Shown piece after piece: positions 1 to 13,641 of a DNA stretch of 64,000 nucleotides (position 1 is its first letter; each line of letters opens with the position of its first letter). The position numbers and the translations under genes are program-made. The stretch is from Octopus sinensis (taxonomy: Eukaryota), in contig NC_043007.1 in assembly GCF_006345805.1 (NCBI RefSeq), forward strand, positions 30,752,001-30,816,000, written 5' to 3'. The notes under the pieces were generated by a model. That model was not told where the DNA came from, made no database searches, and worked only from the letters and a program-made list of their open reading frames with translations.

Positions 1-171
1 TATATATATACATATATATATATATACACACACGCACGCATGCACATATGATTGAAGAGCATCATTTATCGATTAGGTCCTTTAAAATTGTACCTAAGCA
101 AAATATCGTATCGATTATTTCCAAATGTGGTTTCGTTGTTGTAGCGTGCAATGCACCACAAAATAGATCTC

Positions 172-245
<74 letters not shown>

Positions 246-678
246 GAAGATTCTAGTTCTGTCTGACTGTTGAATCGAAGTCGATACTGATCAGATTTTT
301 ATAAATCAGCCTGCTTCGATTGATTTGAAATATAAATGGAATATTAAAGTATGGAGAAATAACAAAGAATTCCTACTTAGATTGGAATTAAACTAATGAT
401 GGTTCCGGGCAGCAGCAGCAGTCGTGGCAGCAGCAGCGGCGGCGGCGGCGGTGGCAGCAGCAGCGGCGGCGGCGGGGCCACTACAAGGAGCAGCGACAGC
501 AGAAGCAACAAGAACACTGTTCATTCACTGTGGTGGTGGTGGTGGTGGTGGTGGTGGTGGTGGTGATGGTTGTGTTGGTGGTGGTGGTGGTGGTGGTGGT
601 TGATATTGTAAATATTACATCGAATATTATCTATGCCTACATAACTCATCCTGTACACACACGTACCTACACACACAC

Positions 679-774
<96 letters not shown>

Positions 775-907
775 TATATATATATATTATATATATATAT
801 GCAGCATGTATATATGTATATATTATATATAAAGATATATACCAATGTGAATGCATGTATATATACCTACATATATATATGCACACATATACATATATAT
901 ATATATA

Positions 908-956
<49 letters not shown>

Positions 957-1279
957 CATATAGATGCGCACACACTCACACACACGTATATACATATATG
1001 GTAATTTTATTATTAGCTGCAGAAAGTTTAGTGTAAGGGAAGAGAGAGAGGGAGAGAGAGAGAGAGAGAGATTCACAGTAGAAAGTATGAGGTTGTGTGT
1101 GCATGCGCATTTAAGTGCAACTCTAAGCACATGTATGTGCGTGCACGAGTGTGTGTCCTAATTTTCTACAAGAAATATATTCATATTTTCTCTTCATCTG
1201 TTTATTTGCATATCCGTTCATCCTTTTTCATGTCTGTGTGTCTGTGTGCCTGTCCAAGTGCGCGCGCGTGTGTGTGTGC

Positions 1280-1310
<31 letters not shown>

Positions 1311-1603
1311 CTTGAATACACCTGTATCTGTTAGTCTGTATGTCACTACTTTTCATATGAATATATTTTGGTTTACAACTGCATACGTACATATGTATTC
1401 GCACACAAACTTGCGTCCACACAAACACACACACACATATATACATACATGCACACACACATACACATATACATACACACACACATATACATACATGCAC
1501 ACACATTTGCACACACACACGCACACAAGAAAGAAGATGAAGAGTTAATACAGCTCAGAAGTGTAATACTTTGTTACAATCGTTTCAATACCGATTTGCT
1601 GAA

Positions 1604-1691
1604 ATGCTACTCAAACAATTACTCTTCGTCTTATTCCTCGGATTTTATGTTATTCTACGAAATAGTTACGCCCAATTCATACCGATCGTAG
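1604..1691 (+). CDS. Candidate first coding exon of gene 1, signal-peptide-like: MLLKQLLFVLFLGFYVILRNSYAQFIPIV(G|gt)
   Basis: ATG at 1604 and 29 codons plus G, followed by TAG|gtactt. This phase-1 donor would join exon 2938 in frame. The donor is non-optimal and there is no transcript evidence. Confidence 0.25.
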
Positions 1692-2114
1692 GTACTTGTA
1701 GTTCCTGCAAATGTTGTCTAATATTTGAGTGGCAGTCTAAAAGTGTAGATAGCCAGGGGTTCACCTCGTCTAGAAAATAAAGATGCATTGGGTTTTTACC
1801 CTATATGGACATACAATGTGTGCGTGCGTGTGCGTGTGGTGTGTGTGTGTGTATGTGTGTGTGTGTGTGTGTGTATGTGTGTGTGTGTGTGTGTGTGTAT
1901 GTGTGTGTATTGTCTAAGATGAATCTTATACTCTCTAAGATGAATCTTATGCTCACAAATGCATTTCTCTTCATTGCTCGATCTGATTTCGAAGTTACAT
2001 GGCCGGATACTGCCTGAGAAAATTGTGCGCTTCTGTAATAATGTAAAATTTGGGGACATTGAGTCATGAATGCTTGTAGCGATATTTCTTTACTATCATA
2101 TTAGGCCACATATA

Positions 2115-2528
2115 TTCTTTTCTACTCAAGTCTCAAGGCCCGAAATTTTGGGGGAGGGAGCTAGTCGATGAGATTGACCCTAGGACGCAACTGGTACTTA
2201 ATTTTTCGACCCCGAAAGGATGAAAAGCAAAGTCGACTTCGGCGGAATTTGAACTCAGAACGTAAAGACAGACGAAATACCTATTTTTTTTTTTTTTTTT
2301 TTTTTTACTACCCACAAGGGGTTAAACACAGAGAGGACAAACAAGGACAGACAAATGGATTGAGTCGATTATATCGACCCCAGTGCGTAACTGGTACTTA
2401 ATTTATCGACCTCGAAAGGATGAAAGGCAAAGTCGACCTCGGCGGAATTTGAACTCAGAACGTAACGACAGACGAAATACGGCTACGCATTTCGCCCGGC
2501 GTGCAAACGGTTCTGCCAGCACGCCGCC
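2115..2528 (-). mobile_element. tRNA-derived SINE family A, dimeric full-length copy
   Basis: Reverse strand shows an A-box-like TGGCAGAACCGTTTGC and B-box-like GAGTTCAAATTCC. The core gaggtcgactttgcctttcatcctttcggggtcga is present twice, separated by a linker. Confidence 0.85.
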
Positions 2529-2648
2529 TTATTAGGCTACATATATTTATATCAGCCCTTGATACCGTGTTGACTGAGATCCCCGTTGATAGGCCCCTGA
2601 TCATTAAAAATAAAGTGTTAACGCTTACTCTACGCAAATTAGTAGCCT

Positions 2649-2790
2649 CAGTTTTCTGTCGCTACCATATCCTCTCACAAGGCTCTGGTCGGTCCGAGGC
2701 TATAGAAGGAGACACTCCCCCAAGGGGACTGAACCCGGAACTATGTGGTTGGTAAGCAAGCTACTTACCACACAGCCGCGCCTGCATCCT
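2649..2790 (-). mobile_element. SINE family B, 5' half
   Basis: Reverse complement of ggctgtgtggtaagtagcttgcttaccaaccacat...gggttcagtccc...tatagcctcgg...ccttgtgag. Confidence 0.85.
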
Positions 2791-2937
2791 TTTTTTTTTA
2801 GATAGACAGATGCAAATATATCAGAAGACATGTATGTGGGGTGGGGTGGGGTGTATCTATGCATTTCATAGCAACTCATACACTATCGATGAATTTCTAA
2901 TTTTGATGAGTATTTTCTGATTTTTTCTTCCCCACAG

Positions 2938-3081
2938 AATTCAAGGAAGCCTTCGACCTGTTTGATAAAGATGGGGATGGTGCCATCACAACCAAGGAAC
3001 TTGGTACTGTGATGCGTTCGTTAGGACAAAATCCATCAGAGTCAGAACTGCAGGACATGATTAACGAAGTCGATGTTGATG
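2938..3081 (+). CDS. Calmodulin-like gene 1, internal exon (EF-hand 1 to start of EF-hand 2): (E)[47 protein letters not shown](G)
   Basis: Acceptor ttttttcttccccacag|AA at 2937/2938 and donor G|gtaagt at 3081/3082. The exon is 144 nt, phase 1-1, the same size as exon 3 of vertebrate CALM genes. It translates to CaM residues 11-59. Confidence 0.97.
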
Positions 3082-3231
3082 GTAAGTGTCCGTGTTCGAT
3101 CTCACCATTGTGCGTCTCTGTGTCTCATACAGCTTTTTGATTTCCAATGAAAAATCTAGAAATACGAAAATTCTTTGCCACAACTAAGAGAAACTGCAGC
3201 AGTAACAATGACAGTGTTGTCGATGATATTT

Positions 3232-3500
<269 letters not shown>

Positions 3501-3673
3501 TAAATCTCCTTCACATTACATCCTACAGTTCCAAATAAGGACCCAGTGGAGAGTGCTGTGAGATACTCATCCACAATGTGTCCGAAAACATCAGGATGTT
3601 CACGGTTGGATTATCTTTGAGACCACCTAGGGTTAAATAGGGATGATATTCGCAAAAACAAAATCAACAATAA

Positions 3674-3955
<282 letters not shown>

Positions 3956-4056
3956 TAACAACAAAATCACAATTTTTTAAAAATGATTTTCCATTTTACT
4001 GGACCCTCGTCTGTTGCTCTGTCTCACTCTCGTCCGCTCTCTTTAGGTATATATTT

Positions 4057-4265
4057 AGGCGCAGGTGTGGCTGTGTGGTTTCTGAGTTCAGTCCCACTGC
4101 GTGGCACCTTGGGCAAGTGTTTCTGCTATAGCCTCGGGCCGACCAAAGCCTTGTGAGTGGATTTAGTAGACAGAAACTGAAAGAAGCTCGTCGTGTATAT
4201 ATGTGTGTGTATATATGTATGTGTGTGTATATATGTATGTGTGTGAAAGAATCCTGTCGCATATA

Positions 4266-4303
<38 letters not shown>

Positions 4304-4485
4304 GTTTGTGTGTCTGTGTTTGTCCCCTACCATCGCTTGACAACCGATGTTGATGTGTTTACGTCCCCGTAACTTAGCGGTTCGGGAAAAAACCTAATAT
4401 AATAAGTACTAGGGACCGATTTCTTCGACTAAAGGTGGTGTTCCCGCATGGCTACAGTCAAATGACCGAAACGAGTAAAAGAATA
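4057..4485 (+). mobile_element. SINE family B, near full-length with internal (TA)n/(TG)n
   Basis: ggcgcagg..ggctgtgtggt..gttcagtcccactgcgtggcaccttgggcaagtg..aaactgaaagaagc, then a microsatellite, then cttgacaaccgatg..acgtccccgtaacttagcggttcgg..gtcaaatgac. Confidence 0.85.
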
Positions 4486-4584
4486 AAAGAATATATATAT
4501 AAATCTCAAAAATGTTAACAAGAACGCAACAGAAAACAATAAAACATCCGGGCAGTTAGACGATGCGAACACGGACAAGAAAAA

Positions 4585-4950
4585 CAATAGAAAGACGGAG
4601 AGAAAAAAATGCAACTCAGAACGTAGCAGCAGAAGAAATACCACTAAGCATTTCGCCTGGCGTGCTAACGATTCTTTTCTCCTTTAGGCACAAGGCACGA
4701 AATTTTAGGGGAAGGGGCTAATCGAATTGATCGACCCCAGTACCCAACTGGTACTTAATTCATCGACCTCGAAATGATGAAAGGCAAAGCTGACCTCGGC
4801 GGAGTTTAAACTCAGAACGTAGCGGCAGACGAAATAGCGCTAAGCATTTCGCCCGGCGTGCTAACGATTCTTATTTCTTTACTGCCCACAAGAGGCTAAA
4901 CACAGAGGGGACAAATAAGGACAGACAAACGGATTAAGTCGATTACATCA
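4585..4950 (-). mobile_element. SINE family A copies in the last intron of gene 1
   Basis: Same core as 2115-2528, with the linker variant gtgggcagtaaagaaataagaatcgttagcacg. Confidence 0.8.
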
Positions 4951-5717
4951 GAGCGTAGCCTTAGGTAGTGTTTGTTAAGTGTCGGACCAGAAGCTTTGCG
5001 ATGTTAAGTCACGTCTCTGAGTTCAAACCTCGGTGACGTTGATAAAATGAGTACCAGTCATTGAATGTAGATGCTCGAGAAATCTCCTCCCTACCCTTGT
5101 GCTGGTGTGAGATTATGACGGAAATCTCAAGCATTTTATAACACGTGCATTTTATAAACAGAATCGAAATGATTTTTTTTTATCGTCTGTATCTTTTGTA
5201 TGCCCAGGATTTTATGAGTTGGGATAGTTTTATAGCGCGCATAATGAGAAAGTGTTACTAAGGGTTGTTATTGAAAAGAAAGGGACCCTGTGAATGACGC
5301 CCTCCACATATCTCTAGCGACGCAGTGTAGCAGACTCTGGGGGCGGGGGTGAGGCAAAAAGAGAGAGCAGAAGAATCGAACGAATGTTCGACATCACTAT
5401 TTGACAGATTATTTATTAAACGTAGGAGATGGCCGCGGCAGAATTTGAACTCAGAACGTTCCCACAAAGCACTTATCCTACGCTCTAACCATTCTGCTAA
5501 TCTTAAAGTCTTCGCTTAATTGAAATTACGAAGCATCTGCTGTCAGTCACACATGTTTTTCATTCATTTTCTATCCAAAATGTTGTCTATCTTTCTCCCA
5601 TGAGTCTTCTATCTCTCTCTCTCTCTTTCTCTTTCCTTCTCTTTCTCTCTCTCTCTCTCTCACTTTCTTACACTAACTCTCTATCTCTTTATCTCTCTCA
5701 CTCTTTCTCTTTTACAG

Positions 5718-5746
5718 AATTCGTGAAGATGATGACGTCAAAGTGA
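5718..5746 (+). CDS. Calmodulin-like gene 1, last coding exon: (E)FVKMMTSK*
   Basis: Long pyrimidine tract and ctcttttacag|AA TTC GTG AAG ATG ATG ACG TCA AAG TGA. The 29 coding nt match the canonical last CaM exon. Confidence 0.95.
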
Positions 5747-5851
5747 ACCCTATGAACTTGTGCAGATTTCTACATCTGTGATATTATATTTTCAAGCTTA
5801 TGTGTCCTGAACAGACAAAGAGGGAGAGAGACAGAGAGAGAGAAAGAGAGA

Positions 5852-7575
5852 GAGAGATGGACAGAAATAGAAAGAAGGGGGAGGAGGAAAGAAGAGGGAA
5901 ACAAGAACAATGAAAGAAAGTTTGAAGGAAAGAAAATGAAAGAAAAGAACTTATTGCTATGAAACGAAAATGCAAAGGAATTATAAAATGTAAAAAAAAA
6001 ATAATTAATATTGATGAATATTTGAAGAAGACCATTATTCGGACAGGAAAAATAATGGTCAGAATGGAAGTAAAAGAGAAAATAATTCAGAAATGTGGAA
6101 GAAGAGAAAGAAAAAATATTAATGATAAAAAAAATAATAATAATAATAAGTAAATAAAACTGGAAAATACTTCTTTTAAAAAAAGAAAAAGGAAAATATA
6201 TAAAACTCTTCGATCGGAATGGAAAAGTAATTTAACGATTTAATAAAGCTAATGATTGTCATGATGATGATGACAATAACAATAATAATTATGGCTATTA
6301 TATTATAAATATATATATATAGTCGATTGTAATAAGGATTGTCATAATACTTTTTTAATGGACGCGAAGAAACAAAGCGAAATGTTATTGTCAGTGGCCA
6401 TTACGAAGGGAGATAACTTGGGTGTCAGAACTTTCCAGCATATACTTCCGGTGGCTCTGGATGTATGAAAATATACGAAAATATATCAAAATATGTGAAA
6501 CTATGAAATTTATGAAAATTTTATGAAAATTCTCCCTTAAATTTTTGCCGTGTCTTGCAATCGGATCCGGTTTGGGCTTTTAAAATATATTTCAAAACAG
6601 AAAATAAAAAAAAATGAAAGTACGTTTCTGTAAAACCAAAATGAGAAAAAGAAGTTTAAGGCTGTGGAATNNNNNNNNNNNNNNNNNNNNNNNNNNNNNN
6701 NNNNNNNNNNNNNNNNNNNNNNNNNNNNNNNNNNNNNNNNNNNNNNNNNNNNNNNNNNNNNNNNNNNNNNGAGAGATGGACAGAAATAGAAAGAAGGGGA
6801 AAGAAAGAGGGAAACAAGAACAATGAAAGAAAGTTTGAAGGAAAGAAAATGAAGAAATTAATTGCTATGAAACGAAATAATGCAAAGGAATTATAAAATG
6901 TAAAAAAAAAAATAATTAATATTGATGAATATTTTGAAGACTGACCATTATTTCGGACAGGAAAATATAATGGTCAGAATGGAAGTAAAAGAGAAAAATA
7001 ATTCAGAAATGTGGAAGAAGAGAAAGAAAAAATATTAATGATAAAAATAATAATAATAATAAGTAAATAATAACTGGAAATACTTCTTTAAAAAAAAGAA
7101 AAAGGAAAATATATAAAACTCTTCGATCGGAATGGAAAAGTAATTTAACGATTTAATAAAGCTAATGATTGTCATGATGATGACAATAACAATAATAATT
7201 ATGGCTATTATATTTATAAATATATATATATAGTCGATTGTAATAAGGATTGTCATAATACTTTTTTAATGGACGCGAAGAAACAAAGCGAAATGTTATT
7301 GTCAGTGGCCATTACGAAGGGAGATAACTTGGTGTCAGAACTTTCCAGCATATACTTCCGGTTGCTCTGGATGTATGAAAATATACGAAAATATATCAAA
7401 ATATGTGAAACTATGAAAATTTATGAAAATTTTATGAAAATTCTCCCTTTAAATTTTTGCCGTGTCTTGCAATCGGATCCGGTTTGGGCTTTTAAAAATA
7501 TATTTCAAAACAGAAAATGAAAGTACGTTTCTGTAAAACCAAAATGAAGAAAAAGAAGTTTAAAGGCTGTGGAAT
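5852..7575. repeat. Near-identical direct duplication (5852-6670 vs 6771-7575) across the gap; probable uncollapsed contig overlap
   Basis: Both copies start gagagatggacagaaatagaaagaagggg and end ggctgtggaat. Differences are mostly homopolymer indels. Confidence 0.9.
6671..6770. other. Assembly gap (100 N)
   Basis: Run of exactly 100 N. Confidence 1.
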
Positions 7576-7888
7576 GGAATATACATTTTCTCTCTCTCTC
7601 TCCCTCTTTCTCTGTACAGTCAATGTTCGTTCGTTGGGGTTTTTCTTTGTCCCCCATTCCTCCTCTTTTTTCTTCTTTTCCTTCATTGTCTTATCGTTAC
7701 AGAAATCCTGCCTTTCGGCACATTTTGGGGCTTTTTTCTTTGCTTATTAATTTTTTCTTATTATTCTTATCTTATTCTTCATCTTATTCTTGTACTCTTT
7801 CATATAAAACTATTATTACTACTACTACTACTTCTACTATAACTGATACGACAACCAGAACTATTATTATTATGATTATTATTATGAA

Positions 7889-7927
<39 letters not shown>

Positions 7928-8230
7928 CATTATTGTTGTTGTTGTTATCATCCTCAGCAGCCTCATCATCATCACCAACATCATCATCATTATTGTAAAT
8001 TTCGTTAACATGTATTTAACAATATAGAAAATAACTGTTGAAAACAACACTACAAGTGAGTTTCCCTGCTACTACTACTACTAAACTACTACTACTACCA
8101 CTACTACTACTACTACCACTACTACTACTACCACTATCACAACACAACCGCCGCCACCATCAGTATTACTACTACAAAACTATATCACTCTTTCTTTTAT
8201 CAATACTAAGTAACTAAATTAATAATAATG

Positions 8231-8279
<49 letters not shown>

Positions 8280-8661
8280 CAACAACAATAATGCTGGACA
8301 ATTAACGATCTAGAAGGAAAAACAGAAATGTCTTGTAAACTATTAACTTTTATTTATTTATTTATTTATTTTGCAAGAAATAGATACAATTTTGAATTTA
8401 GCTTAATTTATTTGTTTGATGTTGTGCCATGCTGACAATTCTAAAAAGGATGAAATATCAGTATGCATGGCTCCTAGCGACTAGAAGCTTTAAGGATTTT
8501 ATAATGTATAGCAAAAAATATTAAACGTGTTTGCTCTGTACACCTTCTTTGCTCTTTGAAGTAAACTCCAAACTTTCAAATATGCCTCAACTTTAGTCTA
8601 AAAGAGATTGTCTCCCCTTTAATAGCTACCCACCAGGGGCACACCACGTCCGAAATAATAA

Positions 8662-8704
<43 letters not shown>

Positions 8705-8931
8705 TAATAGTAATGGTTCTTTTATTGGCCACAGGGGTCCAAGACATTAAGCGCAATAATTTAAATCTAGAGCAGCTCATTCAAAGTGATGTGTCTACAA
8801 GAGAAATTAACCGACTCTCTTTACATGACTTCATGAAACTCTTCTAACGGAAAGAAAACAACCGAACAAGAATATCATGTCACGTGATTAACATTAGAAA
8901 TAATAACAATAACAACAACAACAACAACAAC

Positions 8932-8999
<68 letters not shown>

Positions 9000-9000
9000 C

Positions 9001-9032
<32 letters not shown>

Positions 9033-9033
9033 C

Positions 9034-9079
<46 letters not shown>

Positions 9080-9382
9080 GCAGCAACAACAACAACAACA
9101 ATGATAATACTAATATTTTGCAGAAGAGTGAAATTTCAAACGTAACTCTTGGGTGGTGAGGTGAAACTTTTATTCCACCCTTATATTTTTTATGATTTTT
9201 TTCTATAATTATTATTATTATCATTACTATTGTTATTATCATCGTCATCATCATCATCATCATTTTTATTATTATCATTCTATGTTTGACTTTTGCTTTA
9301 CATTTGTACAAGTTGGCTCCAAGTCTCACCCAGAGACCTCAAGAGACAACAAGTCGGAAGTTCATGTTATTATTATTATTAA

Positions 9383-9445
<63 letters not shown>

Positions 9446-9732
9446 CATCATTATTATTATTATTATTATTAACAATAATAATGATGATGATGATAATTAT
9501 ACTAATAATGATTTGTTTTATAGTATTCCCAGTAAACAACAGACATGTAATATGTATGGCAATGGCGTTACCTGATGCTGGTGGTTGTCATGGTAAATTT
9601 AATGATGATGACGATGGCGATGTTTAGGAGGAAGTAGAATGAAGACAACGATGATGATAATAATGAACAGCAAGCTATAGGTCTCGATATATATATTTAT
9701 ATTGTGGGAATGTATGTGTGTGTATGTATGCA

Positions 9733-9787
<55 letters not shown>

Positions 9788-9891
9788 AATTTTTCCCTGT
9801 AAGTTTGGAGTTATACTCCCTAATAATATGTCATATATATATATATATATATGTATGTATATATATATATATGACAAATATACATATGCAT

Positions 9892-9931
<40 letters not shown>

Positions 9932-10412
9932 GGGTGTGTAAAATACAAGTATATAGTATAGTGTTGAACAGAAAACAAGATTATACTCTGTCCTGTCAAA
10001 CTATCGCTTATTATAGAAATCAGTGTGTTGGATAGATTGGATAAAAATACTTATGATACCGAAAGCTAACACAGCATTGATGGATGGATGGATGGGTGGA
10101 TGGATAATCAATTGTGTACGTATCTGGCGCCGAAATCATTAGCGTGTATCTGATCATACAAGAGTTGATATAAGGGAAGCAACTCCGCTTGGTTATGTGA
10201 CTGTTTTGTTTTTTCTATCTTTTGTATTTTTGATCTCACGCGTGTAATGTCAGCGCACTATGAATGTAAATCGAGAAGTCACTCACCAAAATTGGTGAAT
10301 CAGATCGAGGCTTAATAACGGTAGAATCAGTTTACAAATTACACAACTTACTCGGAGTTATCCGTAGTTTAATCAGGCATTGTTTAAATTTCCATTATCT
10401 AAATTATCTGAT

Positions 10413-10630
10413 GACGGCGAACTGGCAGAAACGTCATCACGCCAGGCAAAATGCTTAGCAGTATTTCGTCTTTCTTTACGTTCTGAGTTCAAATTCCGCC
10501 GAGATCGTCTTTGCCTTTCCTCCTTTCGGGATCGATGAATTAAGTACCAGTTGTGTACTGGGATCGAACTAATCGACTGGCCCCCTCCATCAAAATTTCG
10601 AGCCTTGTATGCCTAGAGTAGAAAAGATTA
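10413..10630 (+). mobile_element. SINE family A monomer (further + copies at about 12451, 19180, 20210, 20423, 23130, 23311, 32215, 51460, 53770)
   Basis: gacggcgaactggcagaaacgt...ttctgagttcaaattccgccgag...gccttgt...gtagaaaagatta. Confidence 0.85.
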
Positions 10631-11365
10631 TCTTATATATCTAAATAGAAGATCTGAAGGTTGTGTAGTGTCGACACTTTGACAAGTTCCTGCATAAACT
10701 CTGAAAATTAACACCGGATTAATCAAATAGGTATTAAACTATCTGCTAAACGTATTGCTTCACTATTCTTCAACGTCTAAATACTGAAAATTTACAACAC
10801 CCTCTTCAAATTCAGACAAAATTTTCCCTATTAGCTAAATTTGCTGATTGGATCCCGATCTTATTGATCAGTTCCTGTTAACAAAGTCTCATTCCTGCTC
10901 CTAAAACTTTCTCTTTATTTACGTTTAAACATTTCCTATTAATAAGCAAGCATTTTACTCCAATACTAACTTAAAAAGTCACATAGCAAGACACAGTAAG
11001 ACACAGTACTGCTCTAAGGAAGAACAGTTCATGTATACTTTTAACACTTCGGTGATTTGTGTCCCTTATATCAACTCATGCGTAATCGGATAAGCCTGAC
11101 GTCGCACGTAAACAAGGAAATACTGTACCGTTCGTTTATATCAGCGATACGTCTTCATGCAACATGTATTCTTTCAGGAATATGCATAAAACTGCTAAAC
11201 TAGGTTCAATTAGAGGAAATACCATATCAATACAGGAATAAGCATTCTTCACAGTACATCTGCTTTGGGCACAGGCTTTCAGTCACGTGGAATTTCCTGA
11301 CATTATATACAAACACACACACTAACAGATATATGTATATTTGTATTTCATGTGTATATATATTG

Positions 11366-11410
<45 letters not shown>

Positions 11411-11456
11411 TACATATACATCTACATATATATTTGTTCACATATATATACACATG

Positions 11457-11499
<43 letters not shown>

Positions 11500-11509
11500 A
11501 TTATATATG

Positions 11510-11544
<35 letters not shown>

Positions 11545-12349
11545 TATGTAATTGTTAATCAATATTATCATTCAATTATTGTTGTTGTTAATATAATCGT
11601 CATCATTATTATGTTATTATTCTTTTTATCATTTTATTGTTATTAATGCTATTGTTTTATAATTTTTTACCATTATCTTTGTATTATTGCTGCTATTATT
11701 ACGGTTATTATTATTATCATCATCATCATTATCATCACCATTACCATGATCGCCATCAGTAACGTCGTCGTAAAAACAATAGATTACATCAACAATAATT
11801 TTTCTAATTTTCTGTCTAGTTACCTCCCTTTACGGTCTGGCTTTAAAACCTCTCCGATCAATGGGGATGGCCAAAAAGGACTAAATACCAGTAATTTACT
11901 GAGATCATTGCTGATTACATACGCCTCTTCCCTAAGAAATGTGTATGATCACATTCCATAGCAGAGAGAACTTCTCAAGCAAAGTCTTGTAGCAGAGCCA
12001 GACAATTAGTCGTGCAGAATTTCCTCGTGTACTTTTTACGTACTAAGATCAAACCCAACGGGAGGCGATTTTGCGCTTTGATATTTCTTGGGTCGATTAA
12101 ATAAATTGTCAGCCAAAATTCTGGGCATCGGCTGATACGTCTTCTTTCTTTGTGATATCTGCATATATTTGAAACTAATATCATTGCTGTATTACAATCA
12201 TCTATGTTGAGAGCATTTGGCCTTAACAATACTGAAGTTTAATGAGACCATTTTTATTTCATTTTGCTTCTTAAAGCTCTCCAGCTTATTTGATGCGGTT
12301 AATTCTGTGAGGGCAGAAGGCAACCAGTTGTCGAGGGTTTCACAGGGCC

Positions 12350-12451
<102 letters not shown>

Positions 12452-12664
12452 GAGCGGCGAGCTGGCAGGACGGCTAGTACGCTAGGCGGTATGCTTAACG
12501 GTATTTTGTCCGTCTTTACGTTCTGAGTTCAAATTCCGCCGGGGTCGACTTTGCCTTTCATCCTTTCGGTGTCGATAAAAAGAGTACCAATCGAGTACTG
12601 GGGTCGATGTAATCGACTTAACCCTATCCCCCAAAATTTAGTAGAAAGGATTATTATTACTATT

Positions 12665-12750
<86 letters not shown>

Positions 12751-12751
<1 letters not shown>

Positions 12752-13487
12752 TGCTCAGGCTTCAATAAAATATATAAACGGTATCAGTTTGAAAACTAGA
12801 TTAAGCGTATACAAATCTTGTCTATTGAGCACACTTTTGTATGGGGCAGAAACATGAACTCCCTACTACAGACATATAAAGAAACTTGAAACCTTTCCCG
12901 TGTGCTGTCTGAGCCATATCTGCAACATAAAATAGCAAAATAAGATATCAAATGTCCAAATTTTAGAAGAATGTGATACCTCTAGTATCAAATACACGCT
13001 ACAGAGAGTTCAGTGCAGATGGGTAGGACATATGGTTCGAATGCAAGGTGATCGCATTCCGAAAATTCTTTTTTATTGCCAACAAGTTGAGGGATTTCGC
13101 AGAAGAGGAAGACCCTGGCTAAGATATTAGAATAAGTTGAAGCAATAACTAAAATCCCTACAGCTTCATGTAACCATCTTGGGATATTTATTGTCTAGAT
13201 CGATATGAGTGGTATAAAATGTGTTATGATGCATCTCATCAATTTGAGTTGAAGAATATAGAACAATTAAAGAACTTTATCCTGTAATCAAAAGACACAT
13301 TTGTCCAATCGCAGGCATCAGCGTCCCCATTGTGACGTCATAGCAAAATCCCTTTCTGGACTCAAATTCCATGCAGGCATCCATCGCAAACAGACGCAGC
13401 TCCTTTTGTTTTTAATCCCTTTCTTTTTTTTATTTTTAATCCTTTCCTTCAAACACTCATCCGTCAAAATCGACGAGAGATACCATT
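12751..13487 (+). mobile_element. RTE-type LINE 3' fragment, decayed, copy 1
   Basis: Translates with stops to GISLKTRLSVYKSCLLSTLLYGAET*TPYYRHIKKLETF...RWVGHMVRMQGDRIPKILFY...RGRPWLRY, the typical post-RT region of RTE elements. Confidence 0.85.
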
Positions 13488-13488
13488 A

Positions 13489-13535
<47 letters not shown>

Positions 13536-13597
13536 TTATTATCATTATTATTATCATCATCATCACCATCCTCATCATCATCATCACATCATCATCA

Positions 13598-13640
<43 letters not shown>

Positions 13641-13641
<1 letters not shown>

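Noticed and set aside
396-566. ATG-initiated Gly/Ser-rich frame over (GCA)/(GGC) repeats
   Set aside because: It is a trinucleotide repeat running into poly-Trp and a stop, with no usable donor toward the CaM exons.
998-1006. ATG|gtaatt as the ATG-only exon 1 of gene 1
   Set aside because: It is embedded in TA/CA microsatellite, and no convincing phase 0-1 exon with a pyrimidine tract follows before 2938.
10630-10701. Minus-strand acceptor giving EFMQELVK..., like a CaM last exon
   Set aside because: No upstream EF-hand exons were found on that strand.
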